A DNA stretch of 64,000 bases from Paraspadella gotoi (lineage: Eukaryota > Animalia > Chaetognatha): positions 26,289,472 to 26,353,471 of the forward strand of contig CM119265.1 in the NCBI GenBank assembly GCA_051294375.1, read 5' to 3'. How positions within the stretch are numbered: the first letter of the stretch is position 1; each line of letters starts with the position of its first letter. The position numbers were made by a program, and so were the translations under genes. The notes beneath the pieces are model-generated. The model was not told the origin of the DNA. It ran no database searches and saw only the letters and a program-made list of their open reading frames with translations. Shown piece by piece: positions 14,041 through 28,334 of this stretch.

Positions 14041-14562
14041 NNNNNNNNNNNNNNNNNNNNNNNNNNNNNNNNNNNNNNNNNNNNNNNNNNNNNNNNNNNN
14101 NNNNNNNNNNNNNNNNNNNNNNNNNNNNNNNNNNNNNNNNNNNNNNNNNNNNNNNNNNNNNNNNNNNNNNNNNNNNNNNNNNNNNNNNNNNNNNNNNNNN
14201 NNNNNNNNNNNNNNNNNNNNNNNNNNNNNNNNNNNNNNNNNNNNNNNNNNNNNNNNNNNNNNNNNNNNNNNNNNNNNNNNNNNNNNNNNNNNNNNNNNNN
14301 NNNNNNNNNNNNNNNNNNNNNNNNNNNNNNNNNNNNNNNNNNNNNNNNNNNNNNNNNNNNNNNNNNNNNNNNNNNNNNNNNNNNNNNNNNNNNNNNNNNN
14401 NNNNNNNNNNNNNNNNNNNNNNNNNNNNNNNNNNNNNNNNNNNNNNNNNNNNNNNNNNNNNNNNNNNNNNNNNNNNNNNNNNNNNNNNNNNNNNNNNNNN
14501 NNNNNNNNNNNNNNNNNNNNNNNNNNNNNNNNNNNNNNNNNNNNNNNNNNNNNNNNNNNNNN
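14041..14562. other. Assembly gap (522 N); further gaps at 32934-33028 and fixed 25-N gaps at 6246, 9801, 19775, 32021, 33508, 47399, 57977
   Basis: Runs of n. Confidence 1.
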
Positions 14563-15319
14563 TGAAACTCGTGAAACCTGTGAAACCTGTGAAACCAGGC
14601 TCCGGAGGTTTTTATCAATTTGCTCTTTGAAGTTTTGACTTTAAAGACTCGAGTGAAAAACGAATACGTTAACCAATCAAAATGATTTTTTTTTTATAAA
14701 TATGTAAAATTCAAAAAGATAAAGACTAGTGGCAATATTGTTAATTCCTTATTAAGACACGATTCCATCAAAATACTTCAGTTTCTCCGGTTTAATTCCA
14801 CGGTGAACATTAAAAATTTAGAGAACCTTGATAATTGTTTAATACCAGAATTTATCTTTTTAACCAAAGTAAATATTTTTTATATAAATTTGAATATATA
14901 TGTTCCTCGAATTTGTTCATTACCTAAAATCACCACCATTGTTATTCTTTTCTCCCGATTTTGAAGTAAAGTTTACGACCTTTCCTCCCATTTTTACCTT
15001 TCCTCATTGCATTTCCCCCTTTTGCTCTATTTCTCTTTCTCCCTCATCTTCAAACCTCACCTTATTCTTCCCTACCTTCAGCAAATTCAAAACCAAACGG
15101 GAGATTAAACCTAACCAACTTTTATGATCACTTTCCATCGTAAAAAAGTTTAACGAGCTGGAATTTCAAAATTTGGCGCCTCCGAAATCATTCCTTATTT
15201 TTTCGTTGAATCACTACCGTCTCCCCTTCCCATTTACAAAGGAATTACGTTCATAATGCGTTTCAAAATTTGAAATAGAGACATAAATTGTCAAGATAAG
15301 TTGTTAAGACTGCAGTTAA
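14563..15319 (+). mobile_element. 5' part of the ~3.6-kb non-coding dispersed repeat (variant 1)
   Basis: Begins with tandem tgtgaaacc units; co-linear with 23885-24640 and 33970-34785. Confidence 0.7.
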
Positions 15320-15510
15320 CCGGTACCTTCTCTGCGGGAAGGATGTGGACGGCCGTAAGCCGCCTTGGGGTCATGGCAAACCCTCAAGCCTGGTTCCAAG
15401 CCCAGGTACCCGCTCTATGGTTGCTTAGAGGGGGTTATAGAAGTAGGTTGTCGTCGCCGCATTACGGACAGTCATCTCACCCACGGAGCGCCTTATCACA
15501 TGACTAGTTA
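15320..15510 (+). mobile_element. Body of the split SINE copy
   Basis: Reverse complement of 28075-28271. Confidence 0.65.
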
Positions 15511-16093
15511 ATTATGTTATTTATCTATATGTATATTTTTATTTCATTAATTTATTTAAAGTTTCAAGATTAGGTTAAAAGTTAAGGATTAAGATTAGCA
15601 TAAGGGATCAAGGTAGGGATTAGATTAAGGGATTTTGTTAATCAAAAGATTATCGGGATATGGTTAAAGAATAAATAGATTAGGGAATATAGTTGAACAA
15701 TTGTAATTAAGTATTAATAAAAGAATAGAATAGAGATATTAAAGTTGCTAATAGGAATTATATATATTAGGAACATTAATGGTGAAACTTTCAAGAAAAA
15801 TTGTGCGAATATCTACTCTATGGACTCATGGTAATGGGCACATTACTGTTTTTTGTTGTCCGACGAACCTTGTTGACGTTCGTTGTTTGCCAGCGCGTCG
15901 TCGTCAGTCGTTGTCGCCCTCTCCTCCTGCTGCCCTCCCCGCCTCCTCCCTCATTAATATACAAGGAATTTATTCGTGCGGAAGCCGCGAGTCGAAAGGC
16001 AGAGGCGTTGGAATAAGAAGAACGCGGTAAATCACGAGAGCGAGAGGCGACGTCTTCAGAGAATGCAGAGAGGAAATGAGAGAGGAGAGAGAG

Positions 16094-16143
<50 letters not shown>

Positions 16144-16169
16144 GAGAGAGAGAGAGAGAGCAGAAGAAG

Positions 16170-16505
16170 GCGCCACCTAGCCCGAGAGCGTAAGCGCTTT
16201 AGGCGTTTAAGTCGCGCGAAGAAGACTATACTGGTTTTTATTCCTTGAACTTTGACACGTTGGTGATTTTGAGGAGAAAACAAAAAGGGTTTACTTCTCA
16301 TTTTATAATAAAGCGTACTTTTAATATACTAGTGAAAATACATGTGAGAAGTTGTTATATGTGTTTTCAAGTAAATATTAGTTATTCGTAACAGAGCGTG
16401 AGCAAATACTTAGGAATTTTGCAATAGACGCACGGAGACTGCGCGGAAAGAAATACGTTGATTGAGGGGGCAATGAGCGAATGGCGAACGATGAGATGCA
16501 GAGAG

Positions 16506-16575
<70 letters not shown>

Positions 16576-17932
16576 AGAGATGAAGAGATAAAAAAGTATA
16601 GGAAAAGCTTAGAAAAGAGAATGGGATGAAGGAGGAAAGAAGAATTATGAAGGCCTTGAGATTGTAGTGACTAGTTAATGTGAATAGGATAAAAAAAAAT
16701 GTTGAAAGGCTTAAACATGACTTGAAGAAATAAGTAGTATTAAAATTATTAGTAAACAGAAAAGAAAGAGTGAAAAAATGTTGGATGAGGCTTAAAGGAT
16801 TATCGACCCAAAAGGAGAAGAGAAAGGTTGAAACGAATGAAAGAAATGCGTGGGTGCGGCAGAGGGCGTGGAGACGGTGGCGGAGTGCGCGGCGCTCACG
16901 CCGGGCGGCGAACGGCGGCGTTGAGTGGGCAAGCCCCCCCGAAATTTCTTGCCCAAATATCTTCGGCCTTATTTTCCCAAAGGGCCGAATATCCCTTAAA
17001 TTAATGAATTAAGTTAGGTATTGGGATTAGGAATTAGGTAAGGTGATTCGTTTAAGGTTTAAGGTTGGGGATTAGGGCTAAAATATAAGGTTCGGAGATT
17101 AGAATTAGGGTTTTGGGGATTATGGTTAGTTTATTGGTTTTAGGTTTGGTAATAGACTATATGCCTTATTAAGGCGGAACAGGTGTTACAACTAAATATC
17201 TGTTAATATTATTAAGAGATCATGAAAATAAAAAAAAAGATTTAATCTATACGTTAAACGCTGGAGTGCTATTTTATATTATCCAAATACTATTATAGAT
17301 GTCAAAAGTTTTTTTTGTAAATTTAAGTTTGGGGCGCTTAACGGAACCGGAAAATGGGGTGCTTTTTAAAAAAAAGAGCACGACCATTCTCACGGCCTCT
17401 CCTTTTTTTTAGTTCTAATCCTCATTTCTTTTACTTTTTACAAATTGTAGGCGCTCTTTTTGTATCATCTTAAAAAAACTCTCTGTCTCATTTTTCGTTT
17501 TGTTTATTTTCTGACGGCTACTTTCCGGTCAGTTCTTTGCTTCCTATCTCAAGGACAATTATGTTCCAGTGTAACAAAATAAAAAGAACTATAACTGCAA
17601 AGAGACTGAGTATCAAAAGAGAGACAGCTCCTTTCCCAGCAAGCTTATCTTTCTTCCTTCCGAGTTGTTAAAAAAAATGTTCTGAAGAAAAGAAAATACC
17701 GTTAACTCAGCAAGTTAAAACAGCTGTCAACAACTGTTTTTCTTTTGAAGAGAAAAACAAAGTTTAAATTTAAATTTATCATAGAAAATACAAGACTTTA
17801 CATCAAGACGTTTTACGTCTATTAAAATGGAATTTAAACAAAATATTCTAGGCAATATCAGGGTTTCTTTACTTAATAACTTATGCTATAAACAATCCTC
17901 TTCTCTCTCTCTCTCATCCTCTCTCTCGTCTG

Positions 17933-17964
<32 letters not shown>

Positions 17965-19750
17965 CATTTTCTCAAGTTATATATTCCACCTCGCTACTCT
18001 CTGCTCCCTTACCGCTATTTTTACTTACACTTATCCTCTCTCTTTCTTTTTCCTACAAATCAAACTTTTGGTTTATTGATTCAGATAAATATTTTTTCAC
18101 CGGCGCGCGGCGCGAACGGAATCTCCTTTTTTTTGGCCGGCCAGAACCGAGTAAAAAATGGAAAAAAATAAACAGGGATAACGACTTCGATTCCCATGGA
18201 ACTGTAAACAAAACAGTGGTCCCCAACGTCGATGCAGTCGAATCGAAAGAAAAAACAATCGTAAACATCTTTTTCTTTGATTGAATTTCGGCGCCGAAAG
18301 AGAAAATACAATTCGAGATATAAGTCCAATTTCTGGGACTTTCTATTTCAACATGTCCGATAAGCCGAAAAATATGTCCCACTTCTTGCGTGCCATACCA
18401 GAAACGATCAACGGCTTTTTGCAGTTATCTTTAATACTTCATTTTTCATTATTTATTATTATTATTAATATTATTATTATTATTATTATTATTATTTATT
18501 TTATTATTTATTATTATTATTATTATACATTGATTATAATTATTATTATTATTTATTATTATTATTATAATTATATTAATTATGTATATTATTATTTTTT
18601 ATTATTTTTATTTTATATTATTATTTTATTATTCATTATATTATTATTATTTTATTATTATTATTCATTATTATATTATTAATGACTGCCACAGGCCTCT
18701 CATTTTCCTTTATCTGTTCCTTGGATCATTATAAAAATGTATTTTGATTTATTCCCATTCATTGCTCTAGATTGCCTTTTTTTCCTGCCTTTATTTTGCC
18801 TATTTTATTTACTGTTTAATGATCTTTAGCCTTTTAACAAAAAAATAGCTTAAATTGGTCATCGTGAATACATTAGCTCGCGACGATGACAACGCGTCGA
18901 TACAGACTCGTGTTAGATTTCTATTTGAAAATCCAGGTACAAATTCAGCATCTCGGAGGGAAAAGAGACTGTATTAATAGTATTAACTGCAGTCTTAACA
19001 ACTTATCTTGACAATTTATGTCTCTATTTTCAAATTTTGAAACCGCATTATGAACGTAATTCTTTGTAAATGGGAAGGGGAGACGGTAGTGATTCAACGA
19101 AAAAAATAAGGAATGATTTCGGAGGCGCCAAATTTTGAATTCCAGCTCGTTAAACATTTTAGCGATGGAAGTGATCATAAAAGTTGGTTAGGTTTAATCC
19201 TCCCGTTTGGTTTTCGGAATTTGCTGAAGGTAGGGAAGAATAAGGTGAGGTTTGAAGATGAGGGAGAAAGAGAAATAGGAGCAAAAGGGGGAAATGCAAT
19301 GAGGAAAGGTAAAAATGGGAGGAAAGGTCGTAAACTTTTACTTTCAAAATCGGAGAAAAGAAATAACAATGGTGGTGATTTTAGGTAATGAACAAATTCG
19401 AGGAACATATATATTCAATTTATATAAAAAAATATTACTTTGGTTTAAAAAGATAAATTCTGGTATTAAACAATTATAAAGGTTCTTCTAAATTTTTAAT
19501 GTTCGACCGTGGAATTAAACGCGAGAGAAACTGAAGTATTTTGATGGAATCGTGTCTTTAATAAGGATTAACATATGGCCACTAGTCTTTACCTTTTAGA
19601 ATATTTTAGCATATTTATAAAAAATCATATTTATTGTTAACGAATTCGTTTTTTCACTCGAGTATTTAAAGTCAATTAACTTCAAAGAGCAAAGATCTGT
19701 TAAAAACCTCCGGAGGCATGGTTTCACAGGTTTTCACAGGTTTCACACGA
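16170..19750 (-). mobile_element. ~3.6-kb non-coding dispersed repeat, full copy (variant 2, inverted)
   Basis: Reverse complement of 23885-27420; homologous to 47600-51225; bounded by (GA)n at one end and ggtttcacag repeats at the other. Confidence 0.7.
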
Positions 19751-20280
19751 TTTAAGATTTTTTAATTTTTTTTTNNNNNNNNNNNNNNNNNNNNNNNNNT
19801 TATTATTATACATTATTATAATTATTATTAATTATTATTATTAATTAATATTATAATTTATTATTATTATTATTAATTATTATTATTATTATTTATTATT
19901 ATTATTTTATTATTATTATTATTATCTATTATTATTATTATTATATTATTATTATTTATATTATTAATGATCGCCACAGGCTCTCATTTTCCTTTATCTG
20001 TTCCTTGGATCCATTATAAATGATGTTTTTGAATTTATCCCATTCATTGCTTGCCTAATTGCCTTTTTTTCCTGCCTTTAATTTGCCTATTTTTTATTAC
20101 TTTAATGATCTTTAGCCGTTTTACAAAAAAATGACTTATAATTGTCATCGTGAATACATAGCTCGCGACGATGAACAACGCGTCGATAACAGACTCGTCG
20201 TTTTATTTCTATTTGAAAAATCCAGGGGTACAAATTCGAGCATCTCGGAGGGAAAAATAAGACCTGTATTAATACAGTAA

Positions 20281-21830
20281 GATTGAACCCGGTACCTAGT
20301 GGTCACGAGCTGATGACTTTACTCAATGAGCCACCGGGTTACAACAGAAAATGTCATCCTTCTAGGAGGGATGAACCTAGGCAATGCCCGACTACAGTCA
20401 AATATAAAAATATAAAATATAGTAAAACAAATATATAACTTTGTCAGTTTCATAATTCTACATTGTAAATTTAACGTGAAATACGCATTTTGCAAAATAT
20501 GTCCGAAAAATTGACTGATGATCTTTGACCAGGTAAGTTTTAAGGGCAAGGTCAATCATGCGGGATCGGAACGGATTTTCGTTAATCAAGGGAGGTCAAC
20601 TTGGGTCATTCATGGTCCAAACGAGTTTTTATGGTTCAGTTATAGTGGGTAATATTCCTTGCATGTGGGTTTACTCTCTGGGTAAGGTTGTTCCAAGTTT
20701 GATCGAGGTGGGACATGCCGAGTCATTTCGAATCATGTAGAAACATGGAGAGACATGACGGTTAGTCGCGGGTCGGTCGGTCTATATGGGTTTTTAAATT
20801 TGTTTTTTTAAAATAGAGAAAATAAAATTGTTTGATTTAGAGGCATGGTTTTGGTTGAGAAAATAGTAAGTAATACTAAGTATAAAAGGGATTAACTAAA
20901 AAACAAGTTCTTTTTTTTTCTATCTTATTTTTACTTTAAATGAAAGTCTTCATAAAAAAAATTTAATTTTACAAAAAATTGTTATGTGATTTTTTAAATT
21001 TTCTTCTGAGAGTTTGTGATTGTTAGGTTTCATCATGAAGTTTGTGACACTTGGAAAAAAGACAGAATTAATTATCTGCAATTATTAATAACTTAATTTT
21101 AAAATGTTAGTAATATTAGCGTAATATAACTCGTGCTTGGAAAGAAAATAACAAAGAGCTCACGAGTGACTAGGCATAGAAAAGTCTGCGAGGAAAAAAG
21201 GGAAAGTGGAAAGGAAAGAGAGAGAGAGAGAGAGAGAGACAGTGAAAAAAGAGAAAGAATTAAAACCCAAGGAGCCAGAGTTCAGCAAAGAGAGAATCAT
21301 AACTTAACCGCTGTTTTCCTCGTCGCCTCCACCCAACACACAAAAATAAAAAGAAAAAGAAAAGAAACAAAAAGATAAAGAAAAGAAACAAAAACAAAAA
21401 GAAAAAGAAAAGAAACAAAAAGGAAAAGAAAAGAAACAAAAAGGAAAAAACAAAAAGAAATAAAGGAAAAAATAAATAAAAAGAAACAAAAAAAAGAAAC
21501 AAAAAGAAAAATAAAAGTAACAAAAAGAAAAAGAAAAATAAATAAAGAGAAAAAGAAACAAAAAGAAAAAAAAAAGGAAACAAAAATAAAAAAAAGAAAA
21601 AGTGAAGAAAGAAAAAGATAAAAAAAGAAACAAAAAAGTAAAAAAAAAGAAAAGAAACAAAAAGAAAATAGCAACAAAAAAGAAAAAAAAACTAAAAAAA
21701 TTGTTTACAGATTTGTTTAAAAAAATTAAAAAACTTTAATCTTTTTTTTCACTTTCTTTATTTTCGAAATTCGCTGGCGAACATAACGAAATTGATTGAT
21801 GAAAGTAAGCGCGACCGAGCGAAAACTTTT

Positions 21831-21896
<66 letters not shown>

Positions 21897-22070
21897 CTCT
21901 CTCTCTCCTCTTCTCTCTCTCTCTCTTTCATTAGCAAAAAGAGGTAGATAGAGAAGAGAAGAAAGATGTGAAAAAGAAGAAAACGTAATAAGACAAATAA
22001 TAACAAGAAGAATAAATGTCGAACACAAACTAGATCTTTTTATAAAATGGTGGACCAAAAAAAGGAACAA

Positions 22071-22141
<71 letters not shown>

Positions 22142-22858
22142 TCTCTTCTCCTCTCTCTCTCTCTCTCTTTCTGTCTGACCCTCGAGGTCGAAAATGACCT
22201 CTTGACCCAAGAGATCTAGATCGTTAGGTATCTTATGTGAGAAAAAAATAGCGAAGCTTTTGTGTGGCTCGTTTTTTGAGGTAAATGTGAATCAAACGCG
22301 CAGGACTTGAAGAAATAAGAATTGTGATTAGGAAAACGAACCGAGTTTATGAAACGAAAAAGAGGAGAAAAGAAAAAAAAGAAGGGAAAAAGGAAATGAG
22401 AAGAAAGGAAAAAAAAGAGAGAAAAAAAAAGGATTAAAGATTCAAGAAAGGAAATAAAGAGGAAGAAGAGACGAAAAAGGAATTTCGTGAAGAAACCAAA
22501 AAATGGAGACGAAGGCGGAAATATTTTTCTTTCTTGACTTTTACAATTGAAATGGAGACATTGGAAAAGGAGGAAAGTAAAGAAAAAAGGAGGAAGAAAA
22601 GAAAAAAGGAGGAAAGAAAAGAAAAAAGAAGGTAAGTAAAGAAAAAAAGAGGAAAGTAAAGAAAAAAGGAGACAAGTAAAGAAAAATGGAGAAAAGTACA
22701 GAAAAAAGGAGGAAAGTAAAAAATATAAGAAGGAAAGAAAAGAAAAAGGAGAAAAGAAAAGAAAGTAAAGAAAATTTAAAGAAGAAAAAAAGAAAGAAAG
22801 AGGATCAGTTTAAACAGAGAGAAAGTGAGAAAGAATGAAAGAATGAAAGAAAGAATGA

Positions 22859-22922
<64 letters not shown>

Positions 22923-23051
22923 AGGAAAAAGAACTAAATAGGAAGGCGTAGAAAGGGAAGAAGAAAAAAATAAAACTACGTTACGAAATTGCTATTCCAC
23001 GTGGTGCATTAGGAAGAGAAAGAAATTTAGGAGAAAACCAGCTTAAGTGAT

Positions 23052-23117
<66 letters not shown>

Positions 23118-23860
23118 CTCGCCTTGATTTTCTCAAAAGATAATGGAAACTTTAGGCCAAGTTGGAACATTTCGTCCCACAAGGAGATCAATTTTAGATA
23201 AGGGAATTGACATTTTCTTTTCGAGAGGGGGGGGGGCGTAGGGGGGGGACGAATTTTATGAAAGAGACGAGAAAAAGATTGAGAGGCGGGATTTAATGGC
23301 TTCAGTCGAGATAGTAAATGTAAATTGTAAATTGTAAAGGGAGCGAAGAGCATCGAACGGAATTTGAGGAAATAAATCCTTAATAAATCCTGAATAAATC
23401 CCTTGAGGAGTCGAGGAGATTCGAAAGTGATTTACTTTGGGTAATACTTTTTGAAAGAGTATTTTTTTTTTGGTTTAATTTAGTTGAAAATATTTCTTAT
23501 CGTCAAGGTTAATATGGAAGCCTAAAACGACCTTAGCCAGTCTTAAAGGCTGGTGCAATAAAGCTTATTTATTAAATGAATAAATAATTTTTATATTACA
23601 GGTACTCGTTTCATATTTTTTTTGTTATTCAAGATTTCAGACGTTAACTCTCGAAAATTTCAACATTGCCAAAAAAGAGACACACTAAAGATTTTGAAAT
23701 ATGAAAAAATCATCTTAACTTAAAACTTAAAATCTTAAATACTTTGGCTCACAGCTGCTCGACTTTTTCCCGGCGAAGCAGGAGCAGTGTTACGAACGGA
23801 GCCGCGAAAGCAGCGCCGACGCTGCAGCGAAAAGGGGTGTTTCTCTCTCTCTCTCTCTCT
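20281..23860 (+). repeat. Direct duplicate of 28272-31820 (probable assembly redundancy)
   Basis: Co-linear over ~3.6 kb, differing mostly by 1-bp indels (e.g. ORFs 23054-23353 and 31030-31329 are nearly identical). Confidence 0.85.
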
Positions 23861-23884
23861 AAAAAAAAATTAAAAAATCTTAAA

Positions 23885-25641
23885 TCGTGTGAAACCTGTG
23901 AAAAAACCTGTGAAACCCAGGCTCCGGAGGTTTTTACCAATTTCTCTTTGAAGTTTTGACTTTAAAATGACTCGAGTGAAAAAACGAATCGTTAACAAAC
24001 AAATGATTTTTAATAAATAATGTAAAAATTCAAAGGTAAAAGACTAGCTGGCCAATATGTTAATCCTTATTAAAAGACACGATTCCATCAAAATACTTCA
24101 GTTTTCTTCGGTTTAATTCCACGGTCGAACATTAAAAATTTAGAGAACCTTTATAATTGTTTAATACCAGAATTATCTTTTACCAAAGTAAATTTTTTTA
24201 TATAAATTGAATTATATATGTTCCTCGAATTTTGTTCATTACCTTAAAATCACACCATTGTTATTTCTTTTCTCCGATTTTGAAGTAAAAGTTTACGACC
24301 TTTCCTCCCATTTTTACCTTTCCTCATTGCATTTCCCCCTTTCTGCTCTATTTCTCTTCTCCCTCATCTTTTCAAACCTCACCTTATTCTTCCCTACCTT
24401 CAGCAAATCAAAACCAAACGGGGAGATTAATACCTAACCAACTTTTATGATCACTTCATCGCTAAAATGTTTAACGAGCTGGAATTTTCAAAATTTGGCG
24501 CCTTCCGAAATCATTCCTTATTTTTTCGTTGAATCACTACCGTCTCCCCTTCCCATTACAAAGAATTACGTTCGATAATGCGGTTTCAAAATTTGAAAAT
24601 AGAGACATAAATTGTCAAGATACAGTTGTTAAGACCGTGCATTAATACTATTAATAAGTCCTTTTCCCTCGAGATGCTGAATTTGATACCTGGATGTTTC
24701 AACATAGAAATCTAACACGAGTCTGTATCGACGCGTTGTCATCGTCGCGACGCTCAATGTATTCACGATTGACCAATTTAAGCTATTTTTTTGTTAAAGC
24801 AAAGATCATTAAACAGTAAATAAAATAGGCAAAATAAAGCAGAAAAAAGGCAAATACCTAGAGCAATGAATGGGAATAAATCAAAATCATTTTTATAATG
24901 ATCAAGGAACAGATAAAGGAAAATGAGAGGCCCTGTGGCAGTCATTATAATATAATAATGAATAATAATAATAAATAATAATGAATATACATGAATAATA
25001 AAATAATAATATAAAATAAAAATAATAAAAAATAATAATATGACATCAATTAGATATAATTATACATAATAAATAATAAAAATAATAATAATTATAATCA
25101 ATTATAATAATAATATAATAAATAATAAAAAAATATATAAGTATAATAATATATATAATATATAAAATAATATAATAAATATATGAAAAATGAAGTATAA
25201 GATAACTGCAAAAACCTGATCTTTCGGCTATGGCACGCAAGAATGGACATATTTTCGTTATCGGACATTGAAATAGAAAGTCCAGAAAATTGACTTATAT
25301 CTCGAATTTGTATTTTTTTCTTCTTTCGGCGCGAAATTCATCAAAGAAAAAAGTTTGTTTACGATTGTTTTTTCTTTCCTTCGACTGCATCGAGCTGGGG
25401 ACACTGTGTTTACAGTTCCAGGGAATCGAAGTCGTTTCCTTTTATTTTTCCATTTACTCGGTTCTGGCGGCCAAAAAAAAGGAGATCCGTCGCGCCGCGC
25501 GCCGGTGAAAAAATATTTATCTGATATCATTAACACCAAAAAGTTTGATTGAGGAGAAAGGAAAGAGAGAGGATAAGTGTAAGTAAAAATAGCGGTAAGG
25601 GAGAGAGAGTAGCGAGGTGGAAATACTTAAAACTGAGAGAG

Positions 25642-25691
<50 letters not shown>

Positions 25692-26973
25692 ATTTTATAA
25701 GCTAAGTTATTAATAAAGAAACCCTGATATTGCAAATATTTTTTTAAATTCCATTTTAATAGACGTAAACGTCTGATGTAAATTTGTATTTCTATCGATA
25801 AATTTAAATTTAAACTTTGTTTTTCTCTTCAAAGAAAAAACATTGTTGACACTGTTTTAACTTGCTGAGTTAAACGTATTTTCTTTTCTTTCAGAACATT
25901 TTTTTTTAACCAACTCGAAGGAAGAAAAGATAAGCTGCTGGGGAAATGGGACTGATCTCTCTTCTTGATACTCAGTCTTCTTTGCAGTTATATCTTTTTA
26001 TTTGTTACACTGGAACATAATTGTCCTTGAGATAGGAGCAAAAGACCTGACCGAAAGTAGCCGTCAGAAAATAAACAAAACGAAAAAATGAGACAGAGAG
26101 TTTTTTTTAAGATGATACAAAAAGACGCCCTACAATTTGTAAAAAGTAAAAAAAATGAGATTAGAACTAAAAAAAAAAGGAGAGGCGTGAGAATGTCGGC
26201 TCTTTTTTTTAAAAAGCACCCCACTTTTCGTTCCGTAAGGCCCCAAACTTAAATTTACAAAAAAAACTTTGACATATAATAGTATTTGGATAATATAAAA
26301 TAGCATCCAGCGTTTTAACGTATAAGATAAATCCTTTTTTTTATTTTCATGATCTTTAATAATATTAAACAATATTTAGTTGTAAACCTGTTCGCCTTAA
26401 TAAGCATATAGTCTATTACCAAACCTAAAACCAATAAACTAACCATATCCCCAAAACCCTAATTCTAACCCGAACCTTATATTAGCCCTAATCCCAACTT
26501 AAACCTTACAACGAATCACCTTACCCTAATTCCTAATCCCAATCCCTAACTTAATCATAATTAAGGGATAATTCGGCCGCTTTGGGAAAATAAGGCCGAA
26601 ATTTTGGGGGGCAAAAAAATTTTCCGGGGGGGCTTTGGCCCCCCACTCAACGCCGCCGTTCGCCGCCGGCGTGAGCGCGCGCACTTCCGCCACCGTCTCC
26701 ACGCCCTCTGCCGCACCCACGATTTCTTTCATTCGTTCAACCTTTCTCTTCTCCTTTCTGGGTCGATAATCCTTTAACCTCATCACACATTTTTTCACTC
26801 TTTCTTTTCTTTTACTAATAATTTTAATACTACTTATTCTTCAAAGGCATGTTTAAGCTTTCAACATTTTTTTTATCTATTCACATTAACTAGTCACACA
26901 ATCTCAAGCCTTCATAATCTTCTTTCCTCCTTCATCCCATTCTCTTTTCTTAAGCTTTTCCTATACTTTTTTT

Positions 26974-27047
<74 letters not shown>

Positions 27048-27422
27048 CTCCGCATCTCATATCGTTTCGCCAGTGCGGCGGTCATTTGTCTCCGCCTCGC
27101 TCAAAGGTAGCCAACGATTATTTTCCACCTTTCCCCGCGCATCTTCCGTTGACGTTCTAATTGCAAAAAACTATATTTCTCACTCCTCGTTACAATAAAA
27201 ATAAAACATTGAAAAAAAAAACACATAAATAACTAACTCTCACAGTATTTTCACTAGTATATTAAAAGTACGCTTTATTATAAAATGAGAAGTAAACCCT
27301 TTTTTTTTCTTCCTCAAAATCACCAACGCTGTCAACAGTTCAAGGAATAAAAACCAGATCAGTCTTCATTCGCGCGACTTAAAAACCTAAAGCGCTACGC
27401 TCTGCGGGCTTAGGTTGGCGCC
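23885..27422 (+). mobile_element. ~3.6-kb non-coding dispersed repeat, full copy (variant 2)
   Basis: Runs tgtgaaacc x3, then an (AAT)n tract, then a degenerate CCTAA tract, and ends gcgctacgctctgcgggcttaggttggcgcc before (CT)n; no protein-like ORF. Confidence 0.7.
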
Positions 27423-27442
27423 CTCTCTCTCTCTCTCCTCTC

Positions 27443-27492
<50 letters not shown>

Positions 27493-28074
27493 CTCTCTCT
27501 CCTCTCTCATTTCCTCTCCATTCTCTGAAGACGTCGCCTCTCGCTCTCGTGATTTACGGTTCTCTTAATTCAACGGCCTCTGCTTTCGACTCGCGGCTTC
27601 CGCACGATAAATTCCTTGTATATTAATGAGGAGGAGGGGCGGAGGAGGGCAGCTAGGAGGAAGAGGGCGACAACGACGACGACGACTGACCTGGCAAACA
27701 ACGAAGTCAACAAGGATCGTCGAACAACAAAAAAACAGTAATTTAGCCCCTATTACCATGATCCATAGAGAATATTCGGCAACAATTTTTTCTTGAAAGT
27801 TTCACATTAATGTTCCTAATATATATAACTATTAGCAACTTTAATATCTCTATTTCTATTCTTTTATTAATACTTAATACAATTGTCAACTATATTCCCT
27901 AATCTATTTATTCTTTTAACCATATCCGATAATCTTTGATTAACAAAATCCCCTAATCTAATCCCTACCTTGATCCCTATTCTAATCTTAATCCTTAACT
28001 TTTAACCTAATCTTGAAAACTTTAAATAAATTAATGAAATAAAAATATACATATAGTATAAATAACATAATTAC

Positions 28075-28334
28075 TAGTCATGGATAAGGCGCTCCGTGGG
28101 CTGAAGATGACTGTCCGTAATGCGGCGACGACATAACCTACTTTCTATAACCCCCTCTAAGCAACCAATAGAGGCGGGGTAACCTGGGCTTGGAACCAGG
28201 CTTGAGGGTTTGCCATGACCCCAAGGCGGCTTACGGCCGTCCACATCCTTTTCCCGCAGAGAAGGTACCGGGATTGAACCGGTATTCCTAATGGTCACCG
28301 AGCTGATAGACGTCTTACTCAATGAGCCACCGGG
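28075..28334 (-). mobile_element. tRNA-derived SINE (~260 bp)
   Basis: Minus strand starts cccggTGGCTCATTGAG (Pol III A-box-like), then GGTTCAATCCC (B-box) inside a T-arm stem; followed by a ~190-bp GC-balanced body and an AT-rich tail. A second copy is split into 20281-20338 (head, -) and 15320-15510 (body, +). Confidence 0.7.

Noticed and set aside
13966-14638. ~200-aa ORFs made of X
   Set aside because: They simply span the N gap.
20281-20338. Functional tRNA gene
   Set aside because: A/B boxes are present, but acceptor and anticodon stems do not pair properly and the sequence continues into a SINE-like body.
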